From contig JBLDXI010000042.1 in the NCBI GenBank assembly GCA_047495785.1, forward strand, positions 1,612,001 through 1,676,000: a stretch of DNA of 64,000 nt, written 5' to 3'. The first letter of the stretch is position 1; each line of letters starts with the position of its first letter. Below the pieces are notes generated by a model, which did not search any database, was not told the DNA's origin, and saw only the letters and a list, made by a program, of their open reading frames with translations. The stretch is from Lepidodermella squamata (lineage: Eukaryota > Animalia > Gastrotricha). Shown here piece after piece: positions 40,601 to 54,593 of the stretch. Both the position numbers and the translations under genes were made by a program.

Positions 40601-41685
40601 TTTGAGTACCCGGTAAACATAGCAAATTCATATAAATACCAGGGTTATTACCTAATTCAAATTTTAAGGGCGGTCGGACTTTTCCAAGCTACCAATCTTG
40701 CGAGAGAGGCGTAAGTGAATGAAACTTTCTTAAAATTCGATCATGCTCTGTTGAGGTAATAGCCCGTGAGCTACTGCTTTTCACCTGCAACTACCGACTT
40801 CAGTTGTCGCTTTGGTGAATGCAATATCGACGAGAAACGGGTATAATCGATATTTCATACTTGAACACTTAGAATATTCCGAGTAATTTAAGGTCAAAAT
40901 CTTCTCCAGCTCCCGATTTTACGCCGGTGAGAATTTAATGGAATGTCGTAATCTGGCTACACCGGTAACACGATTTCCCTTTTAATTTGATCTCCACAAG
41001 CTTTTCGTTCCCTCCAGATGGAATATTATCGTTGGTCCAGTTCGAACTTCACGAAAATCTCCTGCCGACCAACAAGGGGCTTCAAGCCTGGAGAGGTTTG
41101 TTTGAATTCGATCATAAATGTCCTTGATCAAAAATCCCTTCGCAGGTTTTAAACAGCATTTATCCAGATCGGGCGAGTTGCCTCGCCAGTATGCAATGAT
41201 ATAAATTTTCCAGATCCGAATGACTTATTTTCTTCAGACACAACTGCCGAGCAGCCTGTCGTACGTTGCTACAAGAATTCGGACAAAAACTTCGAAACAT
41301 GCCGACCCGTTTGCCAAAATGATGAGTTCCAGGTAAAACACGTGTCTCTAATTTGTCGAAAATACTTGAGATTTGATTATGATTCCAGAATGGCCCGACG
41401 TATTACTTCAAAAATCTGGCTGTTTGCCTCAAAGGGGTTGAGACTTTCGCGCTAATTGATTTCAATTGCTAATGTTTTTCTAATTTTTAAGGGTGCTAGG
41501 CTATGTAAACGTAATCTCCAGCAGAATTATTGCACAGGAACGAACAGATTCTGCAAGAAACAGGTATTCTTTAATGGGCAATCTAATTTCTGAAGTTAGT
41601 CTTTTTTCTGGAATAGATACGAATTTTCGGCGCTTCGGACCTTTTCGCCGACAATCTGGCAGCGTGCAAAGCAGCTAACAAATGA
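37698..41685 (+). pseudogene. Astacin copy 3 with a nonsense codon in the protease domain
   Basis: MRSILAFALLINFAV signal peptide; HEIGHALGM|[10 protein letters not shown]; SVMQY; in-frame TAA at 38411-38413 where copy 2 has CAC. Confidence 0.8.
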
Positions 41686-42580
41686 ACCTAATATACCATT
41701 AACTATTAACTAGAACAGATAGAACTGTTTAATTGTGATTAATGACTTATTAATGATTGCGATCCAAGCTTATTAGCTGATCAATAAACTGCCCTATAGA
41801 ATTTGGGCACATTTCCACATCCACGGATATTCGCATTTGGCCTTTGAGATTCAGGAAACGGTGTGTGGTGAGCTCTGACCGTTATTTTTGTATGAAACAC
41901 AATTATTCGAGCGAGCACTGATCGCCAGAGTGCAGGATGAGCGTCCATCGTATGAAATAAATTTAGGCCGAATATTGGAACTTTGTTTCAGACTTCGGCA
42001 CCGTTTGGCGAATACGGCAATCCGATGTTGTCCTGAATCGAAATTATACCGAAGCTATTTTAGAAAGCTGTTAAGCCTACTTGAACTCGAGACACTTGCG
42101 GAATTGGGTGTTAACAAAATGTTCTCGAACTGATGAGAATTTATCTAGTAATAACTTGACCAAAACAACCCACGATTCAACCGAATTTGTCAATTGATGC
42201 AACCAATAAGTCTTCCGCCTGTATCGGTCATTTTAGTTTGATGTTTGATGAAATCAATTATAAAATGGAGCTTAATATCTCAAAATGCCCTCACTATTGT
42301 TGGTAACACAATCGGTCCGTTTAAGAATTGCCGCCACAGATTGGTCCGGTGTGGACATTTCCACTGTCAAAGAAGAATTTGAGGAGAATATTCGATTCTG
42401 GCAGTACATGTGTCCAACTTAATCGAGTATTAGCGGAAACAACCATAACGGACTTGCTCTGTATAGTCGGACACGCTATTTATAGCCTCACCAGGTTGCT
42501 GACAGGCACACGATTTGCTCCTCTTTTTCTCTGCGCGATCGCTTTTATTTCATTCATTTTATTTTATTCTATTTGAACAA

Positions 42581-45500
42581 ATGAAGCACTTATTTGCTGT
42601 CACACTGATTCTCAGTATCGTAGCCGATTCCCGTGGAATAGTAAGTGGCTTCTATTTTATCAACTCATCCACATCTGAAAGCAAACATATTGAAGGACCC
42701 GGAGCTTGAAGATGTTCTCTGGCAATTGAACGATGCGATTCTTGCAAATCACGGGCTTCCACCGGTAAATTTTCGAGAAATATCACGTTCAATGTGTAAG
42801 CTCATTTTTTCTAGGCTGATCGCAGTGTCCCACTTAAGCTATGCGGCGTTCCAGATCTGGAAACAGCGAAAGCAAGACTGAGGCGACAACTGGCAATCGC
42901 AGATGGCGAACCATTTGTGGCCGGGGTGAATTTGGCTTACAGTAAATGGGAATTCCCAATCAAATACAAAATCAGTCAATCATACAGTTAGTTTGTTTGT
43001 TTGCCTCGCTCCTTCTAGGCTAATTACTAGCTAGGCTATATCTTCCAAAAATCTTCTAAAATAGCTTATTTTGTAGCACTTGTTCAACGAGTAACAAGGT
43101 ATACCTCGATAGACTGACGTAGTCGTGCATTTTTATGTTTCCTTTCAATTATGATCATCATTATGATATATCAACTATGAGTATGATAGACTCAGCAGTT
43201 AACTGCAGTTGATATCGTTAGCGACGCGCCAAAACAACCACTTTACTATTTATAGATTTTATGAGGAAAGTACGTTCGAAATTAGGAAAAAATCGGTGTT
43301 CAAAAGGCCTAACGTACTTCACCATTACGTTAGGCGACTAAAAGTACGATCGAATGAGTCATCTAAGTGGTTGTTTTGGCGCGTCGTTAACGATATATGA
43401 ATTAAATTCGTTAGACTTTGCAATCGATTGTGCAGTATCCAGATGTGCGAAATTAGACGCCTTGTTTTTTTCCGAGGCCTGAAATTTTCAACCCTCCACA
43501 ATTTTCCCGAATTTCTACCCGCTTCAGCTACCTGGCGGCAATATCTTGCACGTCTTACTCGGCAACGGTGTCTTTGATCGTATCGCAGTTTTTCACGGGA
43601 CGATAAAAGTGCATTTATATCCCGTTCGCAGGTTTCCTTAGGCGCAACCGTTTTCCGATCTGGCACCGTTTCCGCTATCGTGTCAACAATTGCCCTATTC
43701 AATTCTTCAAGAAGTTGTTCATGTTCACCGCACTTGTCTGATGAGAAGGGGTAGCTTAGTCGTTTACGCAGCCCGTCCACGTTTTGAGTAATCCTTGCCG
43801 CATTCAATTGTTCAGCAATCGTTGGTTTTTCTGTTGTTACCATGTACCATGGCGATTCCTCGATGATCGCTTATATTCCTTCGTCCTTCGGTTGCTGCTG
43901 TGATCGTGATTTTTTTCGAACTAAAACTTGTACAGAAGTAGTCGAGCATTGTATTCGAAGCTGGCCGAGTTATTAAAGCTCAATTCTAGTCCAAGCGGAC
44001 CGATAACTCCCTTTGAAGTTGTCTTCATTGTCAATATTCATCAGATTTAGGTTAAAATCACCCCCGTTATACACGGTAACTATGTTAGCATATTCAAGTT
44101 ATAATGTCGCTGTTTTTATACTTTGATCGTAGCCACCGATGAGAAAGCAAACATCCGTGCAGCTATGGACCGCTGGGAAGAGGTTACATGTGCTCGATTT
44201 GTCGAAGATTCAAATCTCGCGGGGAATCAAATCGGCTTGAACATCTTCAAAGAATCAGGGTGAGTCATTTTTCAAGTGTATACTGAAAATTCAGCTATTT
44301 CGCCACATTTTCCAAGATGCTGGTCGTATGTTGGAAAATATGAAACAGAGAAACCACAAGACCTGTCGCTAGACGACGGCTGCACGGCGGTATTTATCAT
44401 TTCATGACTAAACTTTCGATTTTCGATTGAATACATTTCTCATTCTTCAGGTATTCATAGCAGCTCACGAAATCGGCCACGCTCTCGGAATGGTTTGTTT
44501 TCTTCTCTATATCGAGTGGCTTCATGTTAACCTGTGTGTCGTACCAGGAACACGAGCAATCGAGAACTGATCGCGATAACTACATCCGAATTCTCTACGA
44601 GAACATTCTACCGTAAGTTTAATTGAAAACATGTTTCAAATTTCCGTAATAATTTGTACTCGCATTATAGTTCCGATGCTTACAACTTTGATACTGTACT
44701 GACGGATGAGAATTACAATGTGTCGTACAATTACGATTCCGTTATGCACTACGGCTGGGACGCTTTCGCTAAAGCGGCGAACTTGCGAACCATGGAAACA
44801 ATTGACAAGCGATTCATGTACACTATCAATGAGATGAATTTTATCTCTTTCGGAGATGCGAAACGAGTTAATATCCGATACGAATGTGGTAAGTATGACA
44901 TCTATAATTTAGGCTCAAAATTAGGCGTAAAGATTAGAGATTCAATTTTCAGTTTAATTTGTAATATAAACTTATAAATGACTGAAAGCTAAATTTTTCG
45001 TGATAATACTCAATAACTTTTCCCATTTCGAATTCATCGTTATAACGTCTATCATAAATCTTATGTTTTAGCTAGGTTTTATTCTAACTTTCTGTCTTAC
45101 TACTTTCTCTCCTTTTAGTTGAAACTTTATGCAATGGCAAACCCCTTCCACAGCGCTGCCAGAATGGAGGCTATCAGAACCCAAATAACTGCTCGAAGTG
45201 CCTATGCCCGGATGGTCTAGGTGGCGATTTCTGTGAGACCTACGGCCCATACAAGGGTCCAGTTCCGTGCGGTGGTTACGTCGATGTAAAAGCTTGCAGC
45301 TACACTTCGATCACCTCACCAAGCTACCCGAATGCCTACGACAAAAATGCGGTTTGCAATTGGTGGATTAGAGCGGTAAAATCTAACATGAATTTATATC
45401 GAAAATTGAACGACTGACGTTTCAGCCGGCTGGTTCTGGATTAGTCTTCGCCTTCGAAAAAACGCCCGATCTTCCCAAAGAACATTATTGTAATAATTTG

Positions 45501-47729
45501 AAACTAAACTGATATATTGCATTTTTCTCTATATTTTACAGATGGGACGAGTTGCGGAGATTACGTTTCGATTCGTGATTTCAGCAGTGTTGACAAATCA
45601 CTGATGATGTGCTTAATGTTTTTTGCATCACGGATTGGGAAATGTATCTTCCATTTTTGACAGGTTTTGCACTGATAGCATTTCAAACGGTCGAGTGTAT
45701 TCAACTGACGAGAATCAAGCAATAGTCACACTCGGAACGCAGGGCTTCTCAAGCACCAGCACTGGGTTCAATTTGACCGTCTACGCAACGTGCCCGGGTA
45801 CAACGGCCAGCTCGCTCACCAAGGAGTGTCGAATTACCGAAAGTGGTCGCGACTATGAAGGCCTGAATGTCACTGCGTCTTCGTCGGGCCAAGCCTGCTC
45901 TCCATGGTCTAGCAAGTCAAACGTGAAAGATTTGCAACTTCCAATGGGCGATTTCAACGCTTCCGCGAGTGCGTGTCGTGCGTTCAACAATGAGGATAAG
46001 CCGGTATGCTATGTCACCCCAGATACTTACAATCCTTGCCCACTGGTCGACAAATGCCCAGCAGGTAAGTTCACTGTAGCTTTTTGGACCATCTACGCAT
46101 CGAACTAAAGTATCCTTACCTACTTGAAATAGTGAACCAATATTCTTGCGGTTTCGGTTAGAGGTTAGACGTTAGACATTAACAAATGCTTTAGCGGAAT
46201 TGGGGTCCAGTGATGGTGGAATAATTCGATAGTTTGTCCCCTCCTCGATCATTCCATTATTTGAAATCTGTTCGGGAATGTAACAATGCGTTTAACACTC
46301 TTCGATTATTCGATTTTCTGAAATATTTCTCTTTTTATTCTGGAAATAGCTTCATGTACCAACGCATGCCAAAACGGTGGAACATGCGTTGGCAAAGACG
46401 TTTGCAACTGCCCAGCAGGTTGGACCGGTCAAACCTGTACTACTCGTGAGTTCTGAAACAGCTTTTCGTAAATTTGGTGCCTAATTTTCAATATATTCAT
46501 AAAGCTCTGCAGAACACAACGGGAATTTCGACGAAATATGCGCGATGCTTCTTGCGAAGCACGGACGATTTATCGACATGCCGTGCGGCAATAGCTATCA
46601 GTAGCTGTCGAGAATTCGAGTACCAGGTAAGGCCCTACATTATATGGACTACGTGATTCTATAAGCTTCTTCTAAAATTTCTAGGGCGGTCGGACTTTTC
46701 CAACCTATCAATCTTGCGAAATGGGCGTAAGTTATTGCTTCGAATGAGCTTCAACATCGTAAGATTACTCTGCTAATTAAACAGGCTGTGAGCTACTGCT
46801 ATTCCCCTGAAACGGCTGATTTTACTTGCCGTATTGGTGCATGCAACAGCAACGAAAAACGGGTAAAATTGAAAGTTTTCAGCTAAATCTGATACCTGAT
46901 ACCTATATTCGATTGATTTTAGATCAAAATCTTCTCCAGCTCCAGATTTTTTGCTGCTGAGAATTTAATGGCATGCCGTAACCTGGCTTCACCGGTAGCA
47001 CCTCATTAATTAGCTAAACTCAGCGAGCCTATTGCCCTTTCTTTCTAGATGGATTACTATCGTTGTTCGAACTCAGATTTCACGATAAGAGCTTGCCGAC
47101 CAACTAAAGGCTGTGAGACTGGAGAGGTTAACTATAATATTTTGTCATGTTTCTAGTCATTTTGCCAACATTCTTCAAGGTCCAAGTCGGCGGGTATTTG
47201 GATCGAGCTAGCTGCCTTAGCGGTGAGGACTATCTCATCTTTCCAAGCTCAGAATGATCAAAGTATTTTTAGATGCTGAGGTTGATCAGCCTGTAGTTCG
47301 TTGCTACAAGAGATCAAATGGTAACTTCGAAACATGCCGACCCATTTGCCACAATGACGAATTCCAGGTAAAATATCTCTCTAAATTTTGTTCAAAATTA
47401 CAACTGATTTTTTTTTAATTTCAGAATGGCCCGACGTATTTCTTCAAAAATGTGGCTGTTTGTCTGAAAGGGGTAGAAAATTCCGCGAAAATCCTAGACA
47501 CGTTCCAGATTCGTAATTCGTAATTTTAGGGTGCCAGGCTGTGTAGGCGAAATCGGCGACAGAAATACTGCATTGGTTCGAATAGATCCTGTAAACAACA
47601 GGTAAAAATTCAGATTTCTTCTCATTGTATGTTTTTTTTATCCGTGATTTCGTGTGATAGATCAAGATTTTTGCATCATCGGACAATTTTGCTGACAATC
47701 TTGCAGCATGCAAAGCAGCCAACATATGA
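42581..47729 (+). CDS. Astacin copy 4 (astacin-EGF-CUB-kringle-EGF-5x Cys repeat), apparently intact
   Basis: [15 protein letters not shown]; HEIGHALGM|[10 protein letters not shown]; SVMHY; kringle ~45830-46060; TGA 47727-47729. Confidence 0.85.
43212..43396. mobile_element. Small MITE in an astacin copy 4 intron
   Basis: 32-bp TIR ATATCGTTAGCGACGCGCCAAAACAACCACTT with one mismatch. Confidence 0.75.
43400..43900 (-). pseudogene. Possible non-LTR retrotransposon ORF2 fragment (endonuclease-RT linker) in intron
   Basis: [16 protein letters not shown]....NSGKLWR resembles the LINE tether region; absent from paralogous introns. Confidence 0.45.
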
Positions 47730-48700
47730 CATTGATCTTGCAATTGTAATAAAGCAGCAAATCGAGTGACTATTTCCCTCATTTCCTCATTCTTTATTTA
47801 CAATTTGGCTGATATTGATTAGTGATTAGTAATGCTTCCTGAGCTTCAATTATTGTGATTAGCTCAAAAACAAAGATTGCACTGATATATATTTTCTCAG
47901 TAATAAAGTAAATCATCGCATAAGCCTGGAGATTTTTTGATCATTTTCGAACTTGGAAGGACTATTTTATGATCGAATGGTTTTTTCGGTCTTTTTGGTC
48001 AACAGTCTTTTGTGCGCAAGGCGGTAGGTGGTAGGTGGTGTAGAAGATGCAACTCTGGGAAAACCGACTTCGCGCCTTTGTTCGGTAAAGCAAATGCCTG
48101 GGTAGCGACGAAGCATTTGTACGTTGCCAAGTGTTAGTCTTAGTTGCTAGGGTGGCGTTGATTTTACTGGTTAGCCACACCCATAGCCGTACGTAGGCCC
48201 AGTCAACTATGTAAATTGGTAGCAAAGTCGAGACAGAATATCAGCAAATTTCCAACGTTTCAAGAACAGATAGCACAACTGCGATTAATGGCTTTCTCAT
48301 TCGAAACCTCATGTAAATACGTCTATTTCAATTTGTATGTCAAATAAGGACAAATAAAAAAGATTTCCGTTCGTTCAATGATTCGTATCACCGGCCTCAG
48401 TATTATTCTCTTTTCATGACTTTGACCCAATTATCGAACTGGCCCGGTTTGGACAACTTCACCTTCATAAAGAGAGAGAACGAGAAAATTGTTTCAGATG
48501 AACCAGCCGTTACATGTGTCCGATTAGTTTGAAAACCACGAGGGTTGACGAAAAAAATTATAACGGACTTGCTCTGTGTAATCGGACTCATGTAGTCATA
48601 GCTTTACCAGGTGACTGCCAGGCACACGATTTGGTTCTTTTCTTTTTTTTCTGCGCGATCGTTTTTATTTCATTCAATTTATTTTATTTTATTTGAAAAA

Positions 48701-51700
48701 ATGAAGCTGATACTTGCTGTTACACTACTACTCAGTTTCGTGGCCAATTCCCGTGGAATTGTGAGTGGCCACTATTTTATTAACCCATTCCCATCTAAAG
48801 CATGTATGTTTTCCAGGATCCGGAGCTTGAAGACGTTCTCTGGCAATTGAACGATGCCATTCTTGCAAATCATGGTCTTCCACCGGTACATTTTCGAGAA
48901 ATATCGCCATTAAATGTGTAATACCACTTTTTTTCTAGGCTGATCATAGCGTCCCACTGAAGCTATGCGGCGTTCCGGATCTGGAAACAGCGAAAGCAAA
49001 ACTGAGACGACAGCTGGCAATCGCAGAGGGCGAGCCATTGGTAGCCGGCGTGAAATCGACTGCCAATCTGTGGGAATTTCCTATCAAATACCTAATCAAT
49101 GATTCATTCAGTTAGTTGAACGGTTGTCATATTCTTATTTTTAGGGCCTTTTAGATTCAATATGGAACCAAAATTCCTGGTTTTGTAACAAAATTTGGAA
49201 AAACTAATCTAATAATTTATAGATTAACCCCCCTGATTCAGACACACCGAAATACATTTCAAATCCTTGGGCCTGAATCCTAATTAAAAATAATATTTTC
49301 TATGATCGATAATAGGGGCTTGAATTTGGATTTATTTTCATTACTCTTTGTATTGCTTTGTATTTTAATTCAAAATTCAATTAATGATTTTTTTTCAGTA
49401 GACTGGTTCAGTAGTTAAAAATAAAAAATAAATGAATAATTTATCAAAATGTAACCTTGAATTTTACCGAATCTGGTTTAGCCCCCTACAACTGCTACAA
49501 CTATCCTATTGCTTTCGAACTTAGTTGTAACCTGACTACTTGTATTATTTGATTGCAGCCGCCGATCAGAAAGCCAATATCCGCGCAGCTATGGATCGCT
49601 GGGAAGAGGCTACATGCGCCCGTTTTCTCGAAATTCCAGATCTCCCAGCGGATCTGAACGGCCTGAATATCTTCAAAGAAACAGGGTGAGTCATTTTCCG
49701 AATCTAATTATATTTGTTAGATACGCTATTTCGTGACTGTGCCGAAGATGCTGGTCGTCTGTTGGGAGGATTGAACTCGGGCAACGGCAAGATTTGTCTT
49801 TAGGTGAAGGCTGCACGGGGGTATTTAACATTTTGTTGAAAAGCTGTCCTTTAATTGAACCAAATGACTATTCACTCAGGTATTCATAGCAGCTCACGAA
49901 CTCGGCCACGCTCTAGGAATGGTTAGATATAGTTTCATTTTCGATTGCTTAGTATCTGATTGAGTGTCTCTAGGAACACGAGCAATCGAGAGAGGATCGC
50001 GATAGCTACATCCGAATCTTTTACGAGAACATTCAACCGTAAGTTCTGTGTTGAAAATTCTAAACATTAATGAGATGGTTTTCATATGCATTTAGTGGCA
50101 GCGCGTACGCCTTCAATACCGTAATCAACGATGAGAATTACAATCTATCGTACGTTTATGACTCCGTCATGCACTACGGATGGAACTCATTCGCGAAAGC
50201 TGAAGAATTGCGAACCTTGGAAACAATTGACAAGCGATTCATGTACACAGTAGGCCAGCAGAATTACATCGCTTTCGGAGATGCGAAACGAATTAATATA
50301 CGGTATAATTGTGGTAAGTAATGAAACTGCTTTGTGGACATTTTTCCAAATTTTAAGCTGGAATTAATTGAGAATCGTTCAAAAAATAGCATAAATTGTG
50401 CAATTTTAGACCTAACAATTCTTTCCTCATTTTCAAGTTTATTTCCAGTTTCACCTTTTTTATATCAATGAAGTTCATTGAAATATTCCTGATTACACTA
50501 TGAACCGCCGATTTCATTCCACTACGATGCTTGAATTCCCTCTTTTTAGTTGAAACTTCATGTAATGGCCAACCTCTGCCACAGCCTTGCCAGAATGGAG
50601 GCTATCAGAACCCAAATAACTGCTCTAAGTGCCTATGCCCGGAAGGTCTAGGTGGCGATTTCTGTGAGACCTACGGCCTATACAAAGGTCCAGTTCCATG
50701 CGGTGGTTACGTCGATGTGAAAGCTTGCAGCTACACTTCGATCACCTCACCTGGCTACCCGAACGCCTTCGACAAGAATACGGCTTGCAATTGGTGGATT
50801 CGAGCGGTAATTTCCAGACCTATTTGTTATTGACTTGTTTAAGCTCATCGTTTCAGCCTGCTGGAACTGGTTTGGTTTTCGCTTTCGAAAAGACACCAGA
50901 TCTTCTTGCCGATAATTATTGTAACAGCTTGAAACCATATATAAATCGTTTTTCTCAATGTTTTCTAGATCATACGAGCTGCGGAGATTACGTTTCAATT
51001 CGTGATTTCAGCAGTGTTGAAAAATCAGCAATGAGGTTGGTCAATTGTGGCCATGAGCTACTTTTCGATTCATCAATTTCTTCCAGGTTTTGCACTGATA
51101 GCGTGTCGAATGGTCGTGTGTTTTCAACTAGCGACAATCAAGCAATAGTCACATTCGGAACGCAGGGCTTCTCAACCACCAGCACTGGGTTCAATTTGAC
51201 CGTCTACGCCACGTGCCCGGGTACTACGGCCAGCTCGCTTACCAAGGAGTGTCGAATTACCCAAAGTGGTCGCGACTATGAAGGCCAGGCCATCAATGCG
51301 TCTTCCTCGGGTGAAGCTTGCTCTCCATGGTCTAGCAAGTCGAACGTAATAGATTTGAAACTTCCAATGGGTGATATTGCCGCATCAGCGAACACGTGCC
51401 GTGCGTGGAACAGCGAGGATAAGCCTGTATGCTACGTCGCCGACGGTTCTTATAAGACTTGCCCACTGGTCGAAAAATGCCCAGCAAGTAAGTTCATAGC
51501 AGTCTTTACAAGGGCCCAGAAAAGAAAGCATAAGGGCCCCCCTGTGGTTAGGCTTCGGGTCCCGAAGTAGGGACAGTCCCCCCGTCCCTCTTGTCTCTTG
51601 TCATCTTCGACACAGGTTCATTGCTCTTTGTATTGTAGATTGTACCAATGATTTCCTCATCTCTGTTAGAAATTAACAGCCGGTTTCGAAAGGTTTCGGA

Positions 51701-53261
51701 CAGGGTCTAGGGTCTAGGGTCTAGTGACAATAGCAGATCTGATTTGAAAATAGCCAATCTAATATCGACTCCAATTCGGGGAATCGAAATAAAAGCAAAC
51801 TTGATAGCCTCTAATAATAGTTATTTATCGAATCTTCCCTAACACTTGTTCAATTTTTGCACTATTTTTTTCGGAATAAGTTTCTTGTACCAGTGAGTGC
51901 CAGAACGGTGGAACTTGTGTTGGCCTAGTTTGCAGCTGCCCAGCTGGCTGGACAGACCCAGTCTGCTCAAGTCGTAGGTTTTCAATCAACGGTTCAGTTA
52001 GCTTTGTATTCGAATTTTTCCTTTTATTTTCACAGCTGTTGCTAATGATCCAGGTGATGATGGAGGCGCAGAAACTTCAACGAAGTATGCGCGATGCTTC
52101 TTGCGGAGCACGGACGATTACTCTACTTGCCGTGTGGCAACGCCTAATGGCTGCCGAGAGTTCGAGTACCAGGTAGGAATACCCCATTTTATTATTTCCT
52201 GAATCTAAAAAAGTATTTCAAAAATAAAGAGTCGGACTTTTTCAAGCTATCAGTCTTGCGAGAGAGGCGTAAGTCATTGCTTTGAATGCTACTACATATG
52301 AGTAACAGCTGTGCTAACTACATAGGCTGTGAGTTACTGCTACTCGCCCAAAACCTCCGACTTCATCTGCCGCCTTGGTGACTGCAAAAGCGGCGAAGAA
52401 AGGGTAATGTCGTTATATTTTATTGCTGAATGTATCTGAACAATTTTGATTAATTTCAGATCAAAATATTTTCCAACTCGCGATTTTTCGCCGCTCAGAA
52501 TTTAATGGAGTGCCGTAATCTGGCTACACCGGTACCAAGGGGTCTCTTATATGTGTTTAAGCTAAGCATTTTTCCAGATGAAATACTACCGCTGCTTCGA
52601 ATACTCGAATGTCACGAAAGTGGCTTGCCGACTTACAAAGACATGCATGCCAGGAGAGGTTGATTCGAATAGCCGTAGTCTTTATTTAATCTTTTCTAGT
52701 ATAGAAACGACGCGGTTGGTTTGTGGATCGAGCTAGTTGCCTATCGAGCTAGTGAGCAAAACATTGCTTCCCAAGCTCACAATAGTAAATTTCAATTTCA
52801 GATACATTCGCCGACCAGCCTGTGGTTCGCTGCTACAAGAAAACGAATGGAAAATTCGAAACATGCCGAGCTGTATGCCAAGAAGATGAGTTCCAGGTAA
52901 AAATTATTCCTAGAATTTTTCAAAATTACCAATAGTTTTTTATGATTTAAGAATGGCCCGACATACTTTTTCAAAAATCTGGCTGTTTGTCTCAAAGGGG
53001 TAGGAATTTGCTGCTTACGTTGACCATTAACGTTAACCATTAACCGTTTCAAAATGTTGAAATATCAGGGTGCCAGGCTGTGTAAGCGCAATCACCAAAA
53101 ATACTGCGCTGGATCGAATAGATCATGCAAGAAGCAGGTAAGCGTGGTAATTTAAACGCATTCCTAGCAAACCTATCCGTGTTTTCCTTTAGATCAAGAT
53201 TTTCGGATCATCGGAGCTATATTCCGACAATCTTGCAGCTTGCAAAGCAGCCGACACTTGA
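48701..53261 (+). CDS. Astacin copy 5, largely intact (possible splice-phase problem near 52740-52755)
   Basis: MKLILAVTLLLSFVA; HELGHALGM|EHEQSREDRD; SVMHY; EGF, CUB and kringle in ORFs 50531-51570; TGA 53259-53261. Confidence 0.8.
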
Positions 53262-54115
53262 AATTAGTTGGCGAATTTCGAAAGCGAATACAATCAAATA
53301 AAACTGTTCCTGATATATTTTGGCTGATAATTACTAACTTAAATGTTTTCTTAAGCTGCCAGTTTTTTGGTTTCCTTACGAATCTCTTCATTTCGCAGAA
53401 ATGCTGTTATATTTTCTTCTTCATGTATCAAATAATAAATCAAATATAAGAGATTTAGATCGGTTAGGACTTGTAGTATATCCGAATGCACTTGAGCTAA
53501 AAATCTTCTTGGTATGCAAGTGGCGGTGCAGAATTCTGCAGAATTCAGGAATTCTTAGTAACACTGAGAACGATATCGTTAAGTAGGCTACGGTTAAGAT
53601 TAAGTTTTTTAAATGGTTCAATTAGGCCACGGGTGATGGTGCCTCGGGCGCGAATGAAAGCCGATGGATTTGAGTTTGTAGACCTCGAGTAGAGGTACAC
53701 AACGCATGGATTGCCCTCTTCTCATCGTTCGTCTCCTGAAACTGGGTGGCCGACTTTAAAAAATTAAAGTTCGAAGTTCTAATGATTTCAGAAAGCTGAA
53801 ATTCTGCTGTCTGAGGAGTCGAGCTAAACACAAAGAAAAGCGATCATTTTCTATCTTTCCCGGCAGCATTTATCATTTTTGCTATTTATGTCTTCGGTTA
53901 GAACAATACAGTGGACATTACATGTAAATAATGAGGCTAAGATAACGATAAAAACAGCCGTAGGCTGATATATTTCTCCGGAAAACAACAAAGTAAATAG
54001 TAAATATCATTCATTTGGGGGCTGAATTCCAAGTGCAGTTCCTGTTGTCTTCATAAAACAACTCGTAGCGGGGGACACCCACGCGTAACTCATAATCTAA
54101 GGCGAAGCTTAAATA

Positions 54116-54197
54116 CTGCTTTCTGAGGAGTCGAACCATCGCGAGATGAGATCATTCAACTTCTGTTGACGCATCACAACCACTCGACCATTCACAC
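54116..54197 (-). pseudogene. tRNA-Ser-like pseudogene or tRNA-derived repeat head
   Basis: A-box TGGTCGAGTGG at positions 8-18, B-box GGTTCGACTCC, long variable region, AGA in a shortened anticodon loop; acceptor stem unpaired. Confidence 0.55.
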
Positions 54198-54593
54198 CTC
54201 ACAAGTAGTATTAGTTAGTTCGAGTAAAAAATGCGTAAATTAGTTGGGAATGAAAAGTGAATGAAAAATCGGTACTTTTTGCAAATTTAGGTTGAAAAAT
54301 CGGTACATTTTGAAAATTGTGGATGGAAAATCGATAATTAAGGTGGATTGGAATGAGAATCAATTTTTTGCAGGAGCTATCACTAATAAAATTATTTCAG
54401 ATCTGGAACTAGCCGCGGTCAAGTCGAATTGATTATCTCTCAGCAGCAAGTCAAAATAATTGAGGAAACAACTTTGCGAACACGAAACTTTATTGAATAA
54501 TTGCAGGTGAATAAAATGAGAACCGATAATTTTTTTTTCAGAATAATTGAGCAAAAAACACAGTAGATGAGAAAAGTGTACAGAAGAAAGACA

